Counted from the first letter of the stretch, positions 49,384 to 59,659 are shown. The stretch is DNA of 64,000 nt from Bacteroidota bacterium (GCA_046051225.1 JBJOOR010000007.1:87894-151893); one strand, 5' to 3'. Numbers and translations are program-made. Notes: generated by a model from the letters alone, not told the origin.

Positions 49384-50492
49384 TGAAACCTTACAATTGG
49401 CAACATAAAGATTGGACACATTTCACTTACAACATAGTTGGTTGTGATGATTTGCTATTGGCTATCAACAAGGCAGAAGCCAAATTTGGCGGCGTTGTTA
49501 GCACTTTGCCCAAAGGCATCAATGCTGAAACTGTGGTGGATATGATGGTAAAGGAAGCATTAAAAACATCAGCCATCGAGGGCGAAGTTTTTAGCCGAAA
49601 AGATGTGCTTTCATCTATCAAAAAAAACTTGGGATTAGCTCCAAAATCAGAAAAAATTCAGAATAAAAATGCCGAAGGCATTTGCAAACTGATGATAAAA
49701 ATGAGAGCCACATTTGATAAACCACTCACACAAAAAATGTTGTTTGAATGGCATCAGCTTTTATTTGAGCAAGAAAAAAATATGCAAGTGGGCAAATGGC
49801 GAACCCACAAAGAGCCGATGCAAGTGGTTTCGGGGGCTTATGGAAAACAAAAAGTACATTTTGAAGCACCGCCATCTGCTGCGGTTGCAAAAGAAATGAA
49901 GCAATTTATTGAGTGGTATAATCGCACTGCACCCAATGGAAAAAAGCCAATTTCGAACAGCACTGTGAGAGCCGCAGTGGCGCATTTATATTTTGAAAGT
50001 ATTCATCCATTTGAAGATGGAAATGGCAGAATAGGCAGAGTATTAGCTGAAAAAATATTGGCGCAAGGTTTTGGAAAACCACTGCTCATCAGCATTTCAT
50101 CGGCAATTGAAAAAAACATAAAGTTGTATTATACCAATTTGCAAAAGGCATCGTTGAGTAATGAAGTTTCAAATTGGGTAAAATATTTTATTGGCTTGAT
50201 AAAACAAGCAATGGATGAAACTGATTTGCAATTAAAATTTACAATTGCGAAATATCATTTCTTTGAAAATTGGAAAAGCAAATTAAATGCTCGGCAATTA
50301 AAAGCTATTAAACGGATATTGGATGAAGGCGTTGATGGCTTTGAAGGCGGCATGAATGCTGCAAAATATGGCAGCCTCAACAAAGTGTCGAAAGCCACAG
50401 CCACCAGAGATTTGCAGGAATTGCTGCAATTGAAAATTTTAAAATCATCGGGCGGCGGACGAAGTACCAGTTATAGTTTAGTGGGATTTTGA
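49383..50492 (+). CDS. Fic family protein (DUF4172-Fic-wHTH)
   Basis: YNWQ..DW..F, inhibitory TSAIEG, HPFEDGNGRIGR, SKATATRDL..L...GGGRSTSY. Confidence 0.92.
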   Translation: MKPYNWQHKDWTHFTYNIVGCDDLLLAINKAEAKFGGVVSTLPKGINAETVVDMMVKEALKTSAIEGEVFSRKDVLSSIKKNLGLAPKSEKIQNKNAEGICKLMIKMRATFDKPLTQKMLFEWHQLLFEQEKNMQVGKWRTHKEPMQVVSGAYGKQKVHFEAPPSAAVAKEMKQFIEWYNRTAPNGKKPISNSTVRAAVAHLYFESIHPFEDGNGRIGRVLAEKILAQGFGKPLLISISSAIEKNIKLYYTNLQKASLSNEVSNWVKYFIGLIKQAMDETDLQLKFTIAKYHFFENWKSKLNARQLKAIKRILDEGVDGFEGGMNAAKYGSLNKVSKATATRDLQELLQLKILKSSGGGRSTSYSLVGF

Positions 50493-50683
50493 ATAAAGAT
50501 AGCACTTAACCAGTAGCACTTTCTTTAAAAACTAGATAAATTTAGCACCCTCAACGGTTTACCAAACTTGAGCATACAACACATCTTGATGTTGTTATTG
50601 GCTTTAACAACCACGTTCACCAGCAATGTTATTGAAATTATTTTCACTCATATCACCTATTCATTTTTCCATTTTTTTACTTT

Positions 50684-50749
50684 CTGATAAATCTCATCTG
50701 TTAAACTAATCCAAATCATTAGTGAAAATATATTGGTACTGCACTTTTG
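50684..50749 (+). promoter_or_regulatory. Tandem degenerate FNR-like boxes and -7-like element
   Basis: CTGAT-AAAT-CTCAT, CTAAT-CCAA-ATCAT, CACTTTTG; same spacing as 2783-2848. Confidence 0.45.
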
Positions 50750-50768
50750 CTGTAATAAAAAAATACAT

Positions 50769-51110
50769 ATGAATACTAACACAATAACAGACAAACAGTT
50801 TTTTACAAACATTACATCAGAAGAGTTTATGGAGAAAATGAAACACCCGGGTTATATGGTATTGGATGTAAGAACACCTAATGAGTGGCATCAATTTGGG
50901 TATATTTATGATTCAAGAAAAATTGATATTTATCATCCTGAATTTGAAAATGAAATTGAAAAATTTGATAAAAAACATGATTACTTAGTTTACTGCTTGA
51001 AAGGTCAACGAAGTATTGAGGCTTGTAAGATTATGGCCAAACATGGTTTTACAAAATTGTATAATTTAGAAGGAGGCTTAGAAAAATGGCAAGGTCCTTT
51101 AGCTAAATAA
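50769..51110 (+). CDS. Rhodanese-like domain protein
   Basis: LDVRTP.EW, VYCLKGQRS, YNLEGG. Confidence 0.9.
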   Translation: MNTNTITDKQFFTNITSEEFMEKMKHPGYMVLDVRTPNEWHQFGYIYDSRKIDIYHPEFENEIEKFDKKHDYLVYCLKGQRSIEACKIMAKHGFTKLYNLEGGLEKWQGPLAK

Positions 51111-51154
51111 CTTCTTGATTTAAAAAAATACGATTGATTAGTTTTAGAATCATT

Positions 51155-51718
51155 TTACTTTCGCCAACAACTATCCAAATGATCATCCACCATGCCAACG
51201 GCTTGCATAAAAGCATAGCAGATAGTTGAACCACGAAATTTAAAACCAAGCTTACCTAATTCTTTGCTCATCAAATCTGATATTTCGGTAGTAGGTTTTA
51301 TATCACTTAATGTTTTTGGATGATTTACAATTGGTTTATGGTTGGTAAATTTCCAAATAAAATTAGCAAACGAGCCGTATTGTTTTTGAAGTTCTAAAAA
51401 TAATGTAGCATTATTTATAGCAGCTTCTATTTTTAATTTATTTCTGATAATACCAGCATCAGCCATTAATCTATCAATATCGGTTTGTGTAAATTTAGAT
51501 ACTTTTTTAGCATCAAATTGTTTAAAAGCTAACCTAAAATTTTCACGTTTTTTTAAAACCGTATGCCAACTTAAGCCAGCCTGAAACGATTCAAGAATTA
51601 AAAATTCGAATAAAAGGGTATCATCTTTTACAGGCTTGCCCCATTCTTCATCATGATATTTTTTATACAAATCATCTTTCAAACACCAACCACATCTTAC
51701 TTTTTCTTTACTCATCAT
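51155..51718 (-). CDS. tag: DNA-3-methyladenine glycosylase I
   Basis: RCGW, YHDEEWG, ESFQAGLSW, IIRNKLKI, DHLDSC. Confidence 0.95.
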   Translation of the reverse strand: MMSKEKVRCGWCLKDDLYKKYHDEEWGKPVKDDTLLFEFLILESFQAGLSWHTVLKKRENFRLAFKQFDAKKVSKFTQTDIDRLMADAGIIRNKLKIEAAINNATLFLELQKQYGSFANFIWKFTNHKPIVNHPKTLSDIKPTTEISDLMSKELGKLGFKFRGSTICYAFMQAVGMVDDHLDSCWRK

Positions 51719-51720
51719 AT

Positions 51721-52221
51721 TTAATTTAAAGGAGTCATTCCAAATTCAACCCATTCATGTTTTGCTGGGCCATACATACCAGGCACTTTCATACCCATTT
51801 GTCGCATGGCTAAAGTAAGCTGCCCACGATGGTGTGTTTGATGTTTAATTAATATATCTAATGTGGTGCCTCGTTTCCAATTTTCACCATACATATTATC
51901 TTCCATTTCTAAATCACTTTCTGTCCATGTTTTTATTTGTTCTAAAAGCTTTTCAGTATTGGCTTTATATAGGGCTATAATTTCCTGAACAGTTGTTTTT
52001 TCATCCCATTTATCATTATGTGTATGATTAAAATTAATTCCAATTTGCCCAATCATTTCGGGTAATGTTTCGGCAATATGCCAAGTAAGCTGTCCAAGCG
52101 TTCTTCCACCTTCAAATAAGGGTTTCAACATTGCATCATTATCAATTTGGTTAAATAATTTAATAGTAGATGCTGATTCGTAGCCCCAATCTGCAATAAA
52201 ATCTGTTATTTTGTGATACAT
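51721..52221 (-). CDS. DinB (damage-inducible four-helix) family protein
   Basis: RTLGQL.WH, HQTHHRGQL, VPGMYGP. Confidence 0.88.
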   Translation of the reverse strand: MYHKITDFIADWGYESASTIKLFNQIDNDAMLKPLFEGGRTLGQLTWHIAETLPEMIGQIGINFNHTHNDKWDEKTTVQEIIALYKANTEKLLEQIKTWTESDLEMEDNMYGENWKRGTTLDILIKHQTHHRGQLTLAMRQMGMKVPGMYGPAKHEWVEFGMTPLN

Positions 52222-52362
52222 ATTTAGTTGAAAAAATTTTATAAATTAGGCGGCAATATAAGATGAGAATATTAAATAAAAACAATTTGTATAATTCAAT
52301 TTATAGTTTTACATTTGCACCTCAAAATAAGAATAACAAAAAAAGCAAAAGCTTTAAATACG

Positions 52363-52632
52363 ATGCAATTAACTAAAGAATCAAAAAAAGAAACAATTAA
52401 AAAGTACGGTGGTAGCGAAAAAAATACAGGTGCTACTGAAGCTCAAATAGCTTTATATACTGAAAGAATCAGCCATATCACATCGCACATGAAAATTCAG
52501 CCGAAAGATTTTGGCAGCAACCGTGGTTTAATTAACATGGTAGGAAAGCGCAAAAAATTGTTACAATATTTGCACGATAATAATTTAACAGGCTATCGTA
52601 AACTAATTGCAGAATTAGGATTAAGAAAATAA
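52363..52632 (+). CDS. rpsO: 30S ribosomal protein S15
   Basis: NTG.TEAQIAL.T.RI, RGL..MVGKRK.LL.YL, LGLRK. Confidence 0.97.
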   Translation: MQLTKESKKETIKKYGGSEKNTGATEAQIALYTERISHITSHMKIQPKDFGSNRGLINMVGKRKKLLQYLHDNNLTGYRKLIAELGLRK

Positions 52633-52647
52633 TCTGTAAAAAAATAA

Positions 52648-52681
52648 AAATTGCCCTTGGTTATATAACTAAGGGCAATTT
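52648..52681 (+). terminator. Terminator after rpsO
   Basis: AAATTGCCCTTGGTTA/TAACTAAGGGCAATTT. Confidence 0.7.
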
Positions 52682-52852
52682 ACTTTTATAACGAATCGGA
52701 TTTTATTCGTTTAATAAATTAAAGAAATCGAAAATTATATAAATTAACGCCGGGAAATAGTTGAATATACTACGTTTTATCTCTGAAAAATATTCCTCGA
52801 TGAAACAACTATTTACGATGAACCTTGGCAACAAAAACAAAACAAAAATTTT

Positions 52853-55003
52853 ATGAGTCAAAAAGGAATTGTAAAAACCTTTCAAATGCCCGATGGCACC
52901 TCTATTTCTATCGAAACAGGTCGTTTGGCAAAACAAGCTGATGGCAGCGTAGTAATTCGCCAAGGCGATTGTATGTTGTTAGCTACTGTAGTAAGTGGTA
53001 CTACATTAAAACCTGGTCAAGATTTTTTTCCATTATCGGTTGATTATGTTGAGAAATTTTATTCTACAGGTCGTATTCCTGGCAGCTTTCCACGTAGAGA
53101 AACAAGATTAAGCGATTATGAAGTTATTATCAGCCGTTTGGTTGATAGAACTTTACGTCCATTATTTCCTGAAGATTATTTATTTGAAACACAAGTAAAT
53201 ATTTGGATGATAAGTGGCGATAAAGAAGTAATGCCCGATACATTAGCAGGCTTTGCAGCCAGTGCAGCTTTGGCTGTAAGCGATATTCCATTTGTTGGTG
53301 GCCCTATAAGCGAAGTTCGTGTAGCTCGTATTGATGGTGTGTTTAAAGTAAACCCAATGCGTAGCGAATTAGCAAAAGCTGATTTGAATATTATCATTGG
53401 TGCATCGGCTGATAACATTGTGATGATTGAAGGCGAAATGAAAGAAGTAAGCGAAGATGAATTAATTGAAGCCATTGCATTAGGTCATGCAGCTATTAAA
53501 TTGCAATGTAAAGCGCAATTAGAATTACGTGAAATGGTGGGCAAAACATCATTCCGTGAATATGAAAAACCAATTGAAAACGAAGAATTAAGAGAGCAAA
53601 TTAAAGTAGCTTGTTCGGATAAAATTTTAGCCATAGCAAAAGGTAAATTAGATAAAACTGCTCGTGGCGATGGTTTCAAATCTATTCGTAAAGAATTTGA
53701 AGCATCATTAGGCGAAGGTTTAACAGATGAAATTAAACCATTGGTTAAAAAATATTTTGGCGATTTAGAATATTATGTAGTTCGTGATATGGTTTTAAAC
53801 GACCGTCAGCGTTTGGATGGACGTGCATTAGATGAAATTCGTCCGTTATGGATGGAAGTAAATGCATTGCCTTCACCACATGGTTCAGCCATTTTTACAA
53901 GAGGCGAAACACAAGCTTTAGCTACTGTAACTTTAGGAGGAACAGATGACGAACAAATGTTGGATATGGCGCATGAATTAGAATATTCTAAATTCTTATT
54001 GCACTATAATTTTCCTGCATTTTCAACTGGCGAAGTAAAACCAAATCGTGGCCCTGGTCGTCGTGAAATTGGTCATGGTAATTTGGCTAAACGTTCGTTA
54101 GAAGTTGTAATGCCTGATGAATGCCCTTACACTATTCGTATTGTAAGTGAAGTATTAGAAAGCAATGGTTCATCATCAATGGCTACTACCTGCGCAGGTT
54201 CATTAGCATTAATGGATGCAGGTGTAAAGATAAGTGGTGGTGTAAGCGGTATTGCAATGGGAATGATTACCAGCAAAGATGGCAGCAAATACGCTATCTT
54301 AAGCGATATTTTGGGCGATGAAGATCATTTAGGTGATATGGATTTTAAAGTAACTGGTACTGCAAAAGGTATTTGCGGAACGCAGATGGATATTAAAGTA
54401 AACGGATTAAGTTTTGAAGTATTGAAAGAAGCTTTAGAGCAATCAAGAAAAGGACGTTTGCATATTTTAAATGAAATGAATAAAGTAATGAGCCAAGCAA
54501 ACGCTGATTACAAAGCACATGCACCACGTATTGAAAAAGTGTATATCGATAAAGAATTTATTGGTGCAATTATAGGACCTGGTGGCAAAAATATTCAAGA
54601 ATTACAAAAAACTACGAAAACAAAAATCAGCATTGAAGAAGTGATGAAAGATGGTGTTGAAGTAGGCGAAATTCATGTATTAGCTACTGAAAAAGAAGGA
54701 ATGGATGCAGCATTGCAACATATTAAAAATGTAACTTTTGTACCACAAGTAGGCGATGAATTTGAAGCTACAGTTAAGAATGTGGTTGAGTTTGGCGCAT
54801 TTGTAGAATTTATGCCAGGCAAAGAAGGTTTATTGCATATTTCCGAAATTTCGCATTCGAGATTAAATACAATGGAAGGTGTATTAAAAACAGGTGAAAA
54901 AGTAAGAATTAAAATAATTGGTACTGATCCAAAAACAGGAAAATGGAGATTAAGCCGCAAGGTTTTATTACCAAAACCCGAAGCAGCACCAAAAGATAAT
55001 TAA
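52853..55003 (+). CDS. pnp: Polyribonucleotide nucleotidyltransferase
   Basis: ETGRLAKQADG, RREIGHG, ESNGSSSMA, DHLGDMDFKV, KH and S1 domains. Confidence 0.98.
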   Translation: MSQKGIVKTFQMPDGTSISIETGRLAKQADGSVVIRQGDCMLLATVVSGTTLKPGQDFFPLSVDYVEKFYSTGRIPGSFPRRETRLSDYEVIISRLVDRTLRPLFPEDYLFETQVNIWMISGDKEVMPDTLAGFAASAALAVSDIPFVGGPISEVRVARIDGVFKVNPMRSELAKADLNIIIGASADNIVMIEGEMKEVSEDELIEAIALGHAAIKLQCKAQLELREMVGKTSFREYEKPIENEELREQIKVACSDKILAIAKGKLDKTARGDGFKSIRKEFEASLGEGLTDEIKPLVKKYFGDLEYYVVRDMVLNDRQRLDGRALDEIRPLWMEVNALPSPHGSAIFTRGETQALATVTLGGTDDEQMLDMAHELEYSKFLLHYNFPAFSTGEVKPNRGPGRREIGHGNLAKRSLEVVMPDECPYTIRIVSEVLESNGSSSMATTCAGSLALMDAGVKISGGVSGIAMGMITSKDGSKYAILSDILGDEDHLGDMDFKVTGTAKGICGTQMDIKVNGLSFEVLKEALEQSRKGRLHILNEMNKVMSQANADYKAHAPRIEKVYIDKEFIGAIIGPGGKNIQELQKTTKTKISIEEVMKDGVEVGEIHVLATEKEGMDAALQHIKNVTFVPQVGDEFEATVKNVVEFGAFVEFMPGKEGLLHISEISHSRLNTMEGVLKTGEKVRIKIIGTDPKTGKWRLSRKVLLPKPEAAPKDN

Positions 55004-55020
55004 TATTAGAATTATTTACA

Positions 55021-55053
55021 AAAAAAGCCGATTCAATTGAATCGGCTTTTTTT
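55021..55053. terminator. Bidirectional terminator (pnp / dnaE2)
   Basis: A6-GCCGATTCAATTGAATCGGC-T7. Confidence 0.85.
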
Positions 55054-55126
55054 GTATAATGAAATAAATAATTATTTCTTCTACAATGATGTTTCTGCAA
55101 ATACCTTTATGTATTTAATTGGAATG

Positions 55127-58084
55127 CTAAATATTGAATAATATGTCTTCTCTATTTTTTGTTGCCAATCTTTCCATCTTATTTACTTCTACATAAAGAA
55201 AATCAAACTCAACAACAACTTTTCCTTCTAACAAATAACAACCCGAACCACTGAATGGATAAGCCTTTGCGGCTGGTGGAAAGTGAACGGTATCTATCCA
55301 ATTGCCATCCAAATCAATAAAAGTTCCGAAAAACATTTTGTCGCCTTTGTGGGTTTGAGTTCGTTTGGTTGCCACCAAATAGCCTACAATGCTCACTTTT
55401 TTACCGATGTTGTTTTTTAAATCGTTTACTTTTAAAGTAGATGGCAATTTATTTTTCACTAAAAAAAATGGCGAACACAATGCAAAACCCAACAATTCAA
55501 TTTCATCAAAAGCATCATCAAGCCTTGTGTGATGCAGCTTTGGCAGTTGATATTTCTTTGGTTTGGTATCAAACAATTCTTTTGTTGCCGATTTTTTTTG
55601 TGGATTAATTTGCATGTACGCTTGCCACAATAATTCTTTTTTGTTGGTGCCTGTAAATGAAAATGCACCCACTCGAATCAACAAAATAATTTGCTCTAAT
55701 GAAATAGCTGTTCGTTTAATGAAGTCATGTAAGTCAATATAATAGCCACTTGCAGCTCGTTCGTTTAAAACAGATTGAATCGTTTGGGCTTCCAATTCAT
55801 TAATCATTTGCAAGCCGAGATAAATTGTTTTGTCTTCGATTGTGCAAATCACATCGCTATGATTAATGCAGGGTGCAACGATTTTTGCGCCGTGCATTCG
55901 AGCTTCATGCACATACAATTCGGTGCGATAAAATCCGCCACCATTATTCAAAACAGCCACCATATATTCCAGCGAAAAATAGGCTTTTAAGTACAATGCT
56001 TGAAAACTTTCCACTGCATAACTTGCCGAATGAGCCTTTGAAAAGGCATAATTGGCAAAGCTTTCAATCTGTGTCCAAATATTTTGAATTGTTTTTTCGG
56101 GATGATTTTTCTTTCTGCAATTCTCGAAAAACTTTTCTTTTACCACATGAAATTCATTGCGCTGTTTAAATTTCCAATTCATGCCACGGCGTAAATAATC
56201 GGCTTCGGCTAATGATAAATCGGCAAAATAATGCGCCACTTTTATCACATCTTCTTGATACACCATCACCCCATATGTTTCTTTCAAAATTTCGTACAAT
56301 TCTGGAATAGCTTGCTGGGCTTCATTTCTGCGATTTTCATTGCGATAGCGCAAAATATATTCGTTCATCATTCCGCTTTTGCTTACGCCTGGACGAATGA
56401 TAGAACTGGCTGCTACCAATCGCAAATAATCATCGGCTTGCAATTTTGAAAGTAGCATTCGCATGGCTGGAGATTCAATGTAGAAGCAGCCTATACACTT
56501 TCCTTCGCTCAATAATTGTTTTACTTTTTCATCAGTTTTAAATTTATTGATGTCGTGAATATCCACTTCAACACCTTGATTTTGCTGAATAATTTGAATA
56601 GCATCTTTTATTTTTCCTAAACCACGTTGACTTAAAATATCGAATTTTGCCAAGCCAATATCTTCGGCTTCCACCATACTAAATTGTGTAGTTGGATAAC
56701 CTTTGGGCGGCATAAACGTAGCGGTGTAGCTGGTTATAGATTCATCGGCAATAATAATTCCGCTGGCATGAATGCTTAAATGGCTCGGCAATCCTGCAAT
56801 TAATTTACTGTATTGCAACACTAATTTTCCCATCGAATCAGCCTCATTAAAGTGTTGCAGTTGTTGCAATTTATCAATTTCATGTGGCGGCAAACCAAAT
56901 ACTTTTCCCAATTCTCGAATCACTGCATCGTGCTGAAACGTAGCGTAGGTAGCCAATAGCGCAGTTCGTTTTGTTCCAAATCGCTCGAAAATATATCGGG
57001 TTATATCATCTCTATCCGTCCACGAAAAATCAATATCAAAATCGGGTGGATTGCTTCGGTAAGGATTAATAAATCGCTCGAAATATAAATCTAAATCAAT
57101 CGGGTCAACATCTGTAATTCGCAGCAAATAAGCCACCATGCTGTTTGCGCCACTTCCTCTGCCCACATAAAAATAGTTTTTGCGCTGTGCATAATTAATG
57201 ATGTCCCAATTAATCAAGAAGTAAGAAGTGAAATTCATTTGCTCAATAATTTTCAATTCTTTTTCAATTCGCTCCATCACAATTGTGTTAGGATTTTTGT
57301 AGCGATAGGATAATCCTTTCATGCACTCATGGCGCAATAACGCTACATCTTCTGCTAAACTATTGGTGTAAAATTTTAAATTTTTGTTGCTCAATTTTCC
57401 AAATTCAAATTCAACATGGCAAATATTCAACAGCATTTCAGTGTTTTGAATAATGAAATCAAAATTTTTGAAAACTGTGTACAAAGCGGATTTTGAAGGC
57501 ATCATATCTTCGGGCGATGCTTGTTCATCTTTTGATAATTTACTCAACAAAACATTTTCATCAATGGCTCGAAGCAAACGATGTGCATTAAAATCTTGTT
57601 TGGAATTAAATGTTACCGACTGCAAAACCACCAATTTGTTTTTCGGAAAATTATTTTTTTGAAATGAAAATTGTAACACTTCCTTTGGTGAAATGCCGAT
57701 AAATTCATTTTCTTGTAATGCCCATCCTGTGTAGGCTTTAAGCGGATAAACGACAAATACATTTTCTAATTGGGGAGCAATTTTACTGAAAGATTTATTT
57801 TGATGAAGATGAAATGAAAGATGTTCATTCAATGTTTTAAAGCCTGCATTATTTTTTGCAATGCCAATGTATTGTTGTTGAATTCCATTTCTGAAATCAA
57901 CGCCCACCTTCACTTTCATGCCTTGTTCTTTTCCCAATCGCAACGATTCTAAAACGGCTGAAGTGCTATTAATATCAGTAACTACATAGCTTTCAAATCC
58001 ATTTTGTTGAGCTAACAACAGTAGATTTTCGGGATGAAAAAGTCCATAACCAACACTAAAATTTGTATGACAATTGAGCAACAT
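55127..58084 (-). CDS. Accessory DNA polymerase III alpha subunit (DnaE2-like, likely error-prone)
   Basis: GRGSGANS, PDFDIDF, FDILSQRGL, YAFSKAHS; degenerate PHP domain; downstream of dinB. Confidence 0.88.
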   Translation of the reverse strand: MLLNCHTNFSVGYGLFHPENLLLLAQQNGFESYVVTDINSTSAVLESLRLGKEQGMKVKVGVDFRNGIQQQYIGIAKNNAGFKTLNEHLSFHLHQNKSFSKIAPQLENVFVVYPLKAYTGWALQENEFIGISPKEVLQFSFQKNNFPKNKLVVLQSVTFNSKQDFNAHRLLRAIDENVLLSKLSKDEQASPEDMMPSKSALYTVFKNFDFIIQNTEMLLNICHVEFEFGKLSNKNLKFYTNSLAEDVALLRHECMKGLSYRYKNPNTIVMERIEKELKIIEQMNFTSYFLINWDIINYAQRKNYFYVGRGSGANSMVAYLLRITDVDPIDLDLYFERFINPYRSNPPDFDIDFSWTDRDDITRYIFERFGTKRTALLATYATFQHDAVIRELGKVFGLPPHEIDKLQQLQHFNEADSMGKLVLQYSKLIAGLPSHLSIHASGIIIADESITSYTATFMPPKGYPTTQFSMVEAEDIGLAKFDILSQRGLGKIKDAIQIIQQNQGVEVDIHDINKFKTDEKVKQLLSEGKCIGCFYIESPAMRMLLSKLQADDYLRLVAASSIIRPGVSKSGMMNEYILRYRNENRRNEAQQAIPELYEILKETYGVMVYQEDVIKVAHYFADLSLAEADYLRRGMNWKFKQRNEFHVVKEKFFENCRKKNHPEKTIQNIWTQIESFANYAFSKAHSASYAVESFQALYLKAYFSLEYMVAVLNNGGGFYRTELYVHEARMHGAKIVAPCINHSDVICTIEDKTIYLGLQMINELEAQTIQSVLNERAASGYYIDLHDFIKRTAISLEQIILLIRVGAFSFTGTNKKELLWQAYMQINPQKKSATKELFDTKPKKYQLPKLHHTRLDDAFDEIELLGFALCSPFFLVKNKLPSTLKVNDLKNNIGKKVSIVGYLVATKRTQTHKGDKMFFGTFIDLDGNWIDTVHFPPAAKAYPFSGSGCYLLEGKVVVEFDFLYVEVNKMERLATKNREDILFNI

Positions 58085-58110
58085 TTTTTTTCATTTTTCT
58101 AAAATAGGAT

Positions 58111-58147
58111 TCGGACAAATCAGGAATCTGATTCCTAATTTGTCCGA
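58111..58147. repeat. 37-bp near-perfect palindrome between dinB and dnaE2
   Basis: TCGGACAAATCAGGAATC-T-GATTCCTAATTTGTCCGA. Confidence 0.75.
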
Positions 58148-58157
58148 TAACCACATC

Positions 58158-59369
58158 CTACTTTTTAACCAAACCAGTAATAGTTTTTATGCCGTTAAAC
58201 GGATTTACGAACGAATGTTTTTTTATCTGCATCGCCGAAGCTCTTTGCACAGCATCAATGCCATAGCGGTTTCGCAGCTTATCCATCGCATCGTAGAGCA
58301 ATATTTTTTCGCCCATGTTGTCGAACAAATTGAATTGATAATTGCCTTGCACCAAATGACTAAATCGAATACCAATCAATCGAATCAACAATCTTTTTTG
58401 AAAAAGTTTGTCGAATAATTCTTTCACTTTATCAATCAGCAAATGGTCTAAAGCGGTATATGGAATGCGGCTTTGCATGGTGTACGTATTAAAATCGGAG
58501 TAACGAATTTTGATGGTAACACACGAAGTAAGTTTGTTTTCGCTACGTAATTGATACGCTAATTTTTCGGTGAGGCTAATCAAAATTTGTTTCAAAAAAG
58601 TAACGTCAATGGTGTCTTTATCAAAAGTAGTTTCGGTAGAAATTGATTTGCGTTCGTTGTATGGTTCAATCGGCGAAGTATCGATACCATTGGCTTTGCG
58701 CCAAATCATCAAACCATTTTCGCCCAACACTTGTTGCATTAATTCAACAGGCATTTCTTGAATTGTTTTGATTTTTTCGATGCCCATATTTCGCAACAAC
58801 TGATAAGTTTTTTCGCCTACCATCGGAATTTTTTTTATTGAAAGTGGTGCTAAAAAATTCTTTTCATCACCATGCACAATTTCAATTTGCCCATTTGGTT
58901 TTGCTTGACCTGTACCAATTTTCGCCACCGTTTTATTCGATGACATTGCCAGCGAAATAGGCAAAGCAGTTTCTTTAATTATCCGCTGACGCAGTTCTGT
59001 GGCGAATTTGAAGCACCCAAAAAATTTATCCATACCCGTTAAATCCATGTAAAATTCATCAATCGAAGTTTTTTCATACACAGGCACTTTGTCTTTTATT
59101 ATATCGGTAATGATGTTGGAATAATAACTGTATTGTTCGTGGTCGCCCTTTACCACAACGGCTTCAGAGCAAAGTTGTCGAGCCATTTTCATACTCATGC
59201 CCGAATGAATTCCAAAAGTTCGAGCCTCATAACTGCAAGATGCCACCACACCTCTATCGCCCGTACCACCCACCAATACTGGCTTTCCGTTTAATGCAGG
59301 ATTTATTTTCCGTTCCACCGAAACAAAAAAAGTATCCAAATCCATGTGTGTAATTGTTCTGTTTATCAT
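58158..59369 (-). CDS. dinB: DNA polymerase IV (Y-family)
   Basis: HMDLDTFFVSVE, CSYEAR.FG, SIDEFY, KPNG. Confidence 0.93.
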   Translation of the reverse strand: MINRTITHMDLDTFFVSVERKINPALNGKPVLVGGTGDRGVVASCSYEARTFGIHSGMSMKMARQLCSEAVVVKGDHEQYSYYSNIITDIIKDKVPVYEKTSIDEFYMDLTGMDKFFGCFKFATELRQRIIKETALPISLAMSSNKTVAKIGTGQAKPNGQIEIVHGDEKNFLAPLSIKKIPMVGEKTYQLLRNMGIEKIKTIQEMPVELMQQVLGENGLMIWRKANGIDTSPIEPYNERKSISTETTFDKDTIDVTFLKQILISLTEKLAYQLRSENKLTSCVTIKIRYSDFNTYTMQSRIPYTALDHLLIDKVKELFDKLFQKRLLIRLIGIRFSHLVQGNYQFNLFDNMGEKILLYDAMDKLRNRYGIDAVQRASAMQIKKHSFVNPFNGIKTITGLVKK

Positions 59370-59398
59370 TTTGTGATTTCAAAAATTGATCTATCTTC

Positions 59399-59436
59399 GA
59401 TACTTAAAGTATCATAAAATAGTTACGTAAAGTATC
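59399..59436. promoter_or_regulatory. Twin 15-bp operator-like sites in the divergent dinB promoter region
   Basis: GATACTTAAAGTATC (palindrome) and GTTACGTAAAGTATC, 23 bp apart. Confidence 0.6.
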
Positions 59437-59443
59437 AATAAAA

Positions 59444-59482
59444 ATGAAACCACAAAAAATATTTTTAGGCAGCAACATTAAA
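59444..59482 (+). pseudogene. Possible N-terminal remnant of an XRE/S24 (LexA-like) repressor
   Basis: MKPQKIFLGSNIK resembles XRE-HTH starts, then the frame loses similarity; divergent to dinB. Confidence 0.35.
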
Positions 59483-59659
59483 AATTTTCATCAAAAACCC
59501 TCGAAAAGCTTATTCAGAAAAAAGTTTGGACGGAAAACAACAAATTTTGGGTTCGATATTCGTTCAGAATCTTATTTTTCCAGAAAAAAATTATCGAACC
59601 CCATTGTTAAATCCTACCATTGCCTTATATTGCAATCCCAATAAGGCTTTGAGGGAAAT

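Noticed and set aside
50493-50680. Possible gene remnant after fic
   Set aside because: Only short open frames with no recognisable similarity
52765-52777. ATATACTACGTTT matching the REP promoter unit
   Set aside because: Short AT-rich match lacking the final G and any REP context; likely chance
55054-55126. att direct repeat of the tRNA-Leu 3' end
   Set aside because: No copy of the tRNA 3' sequence found here
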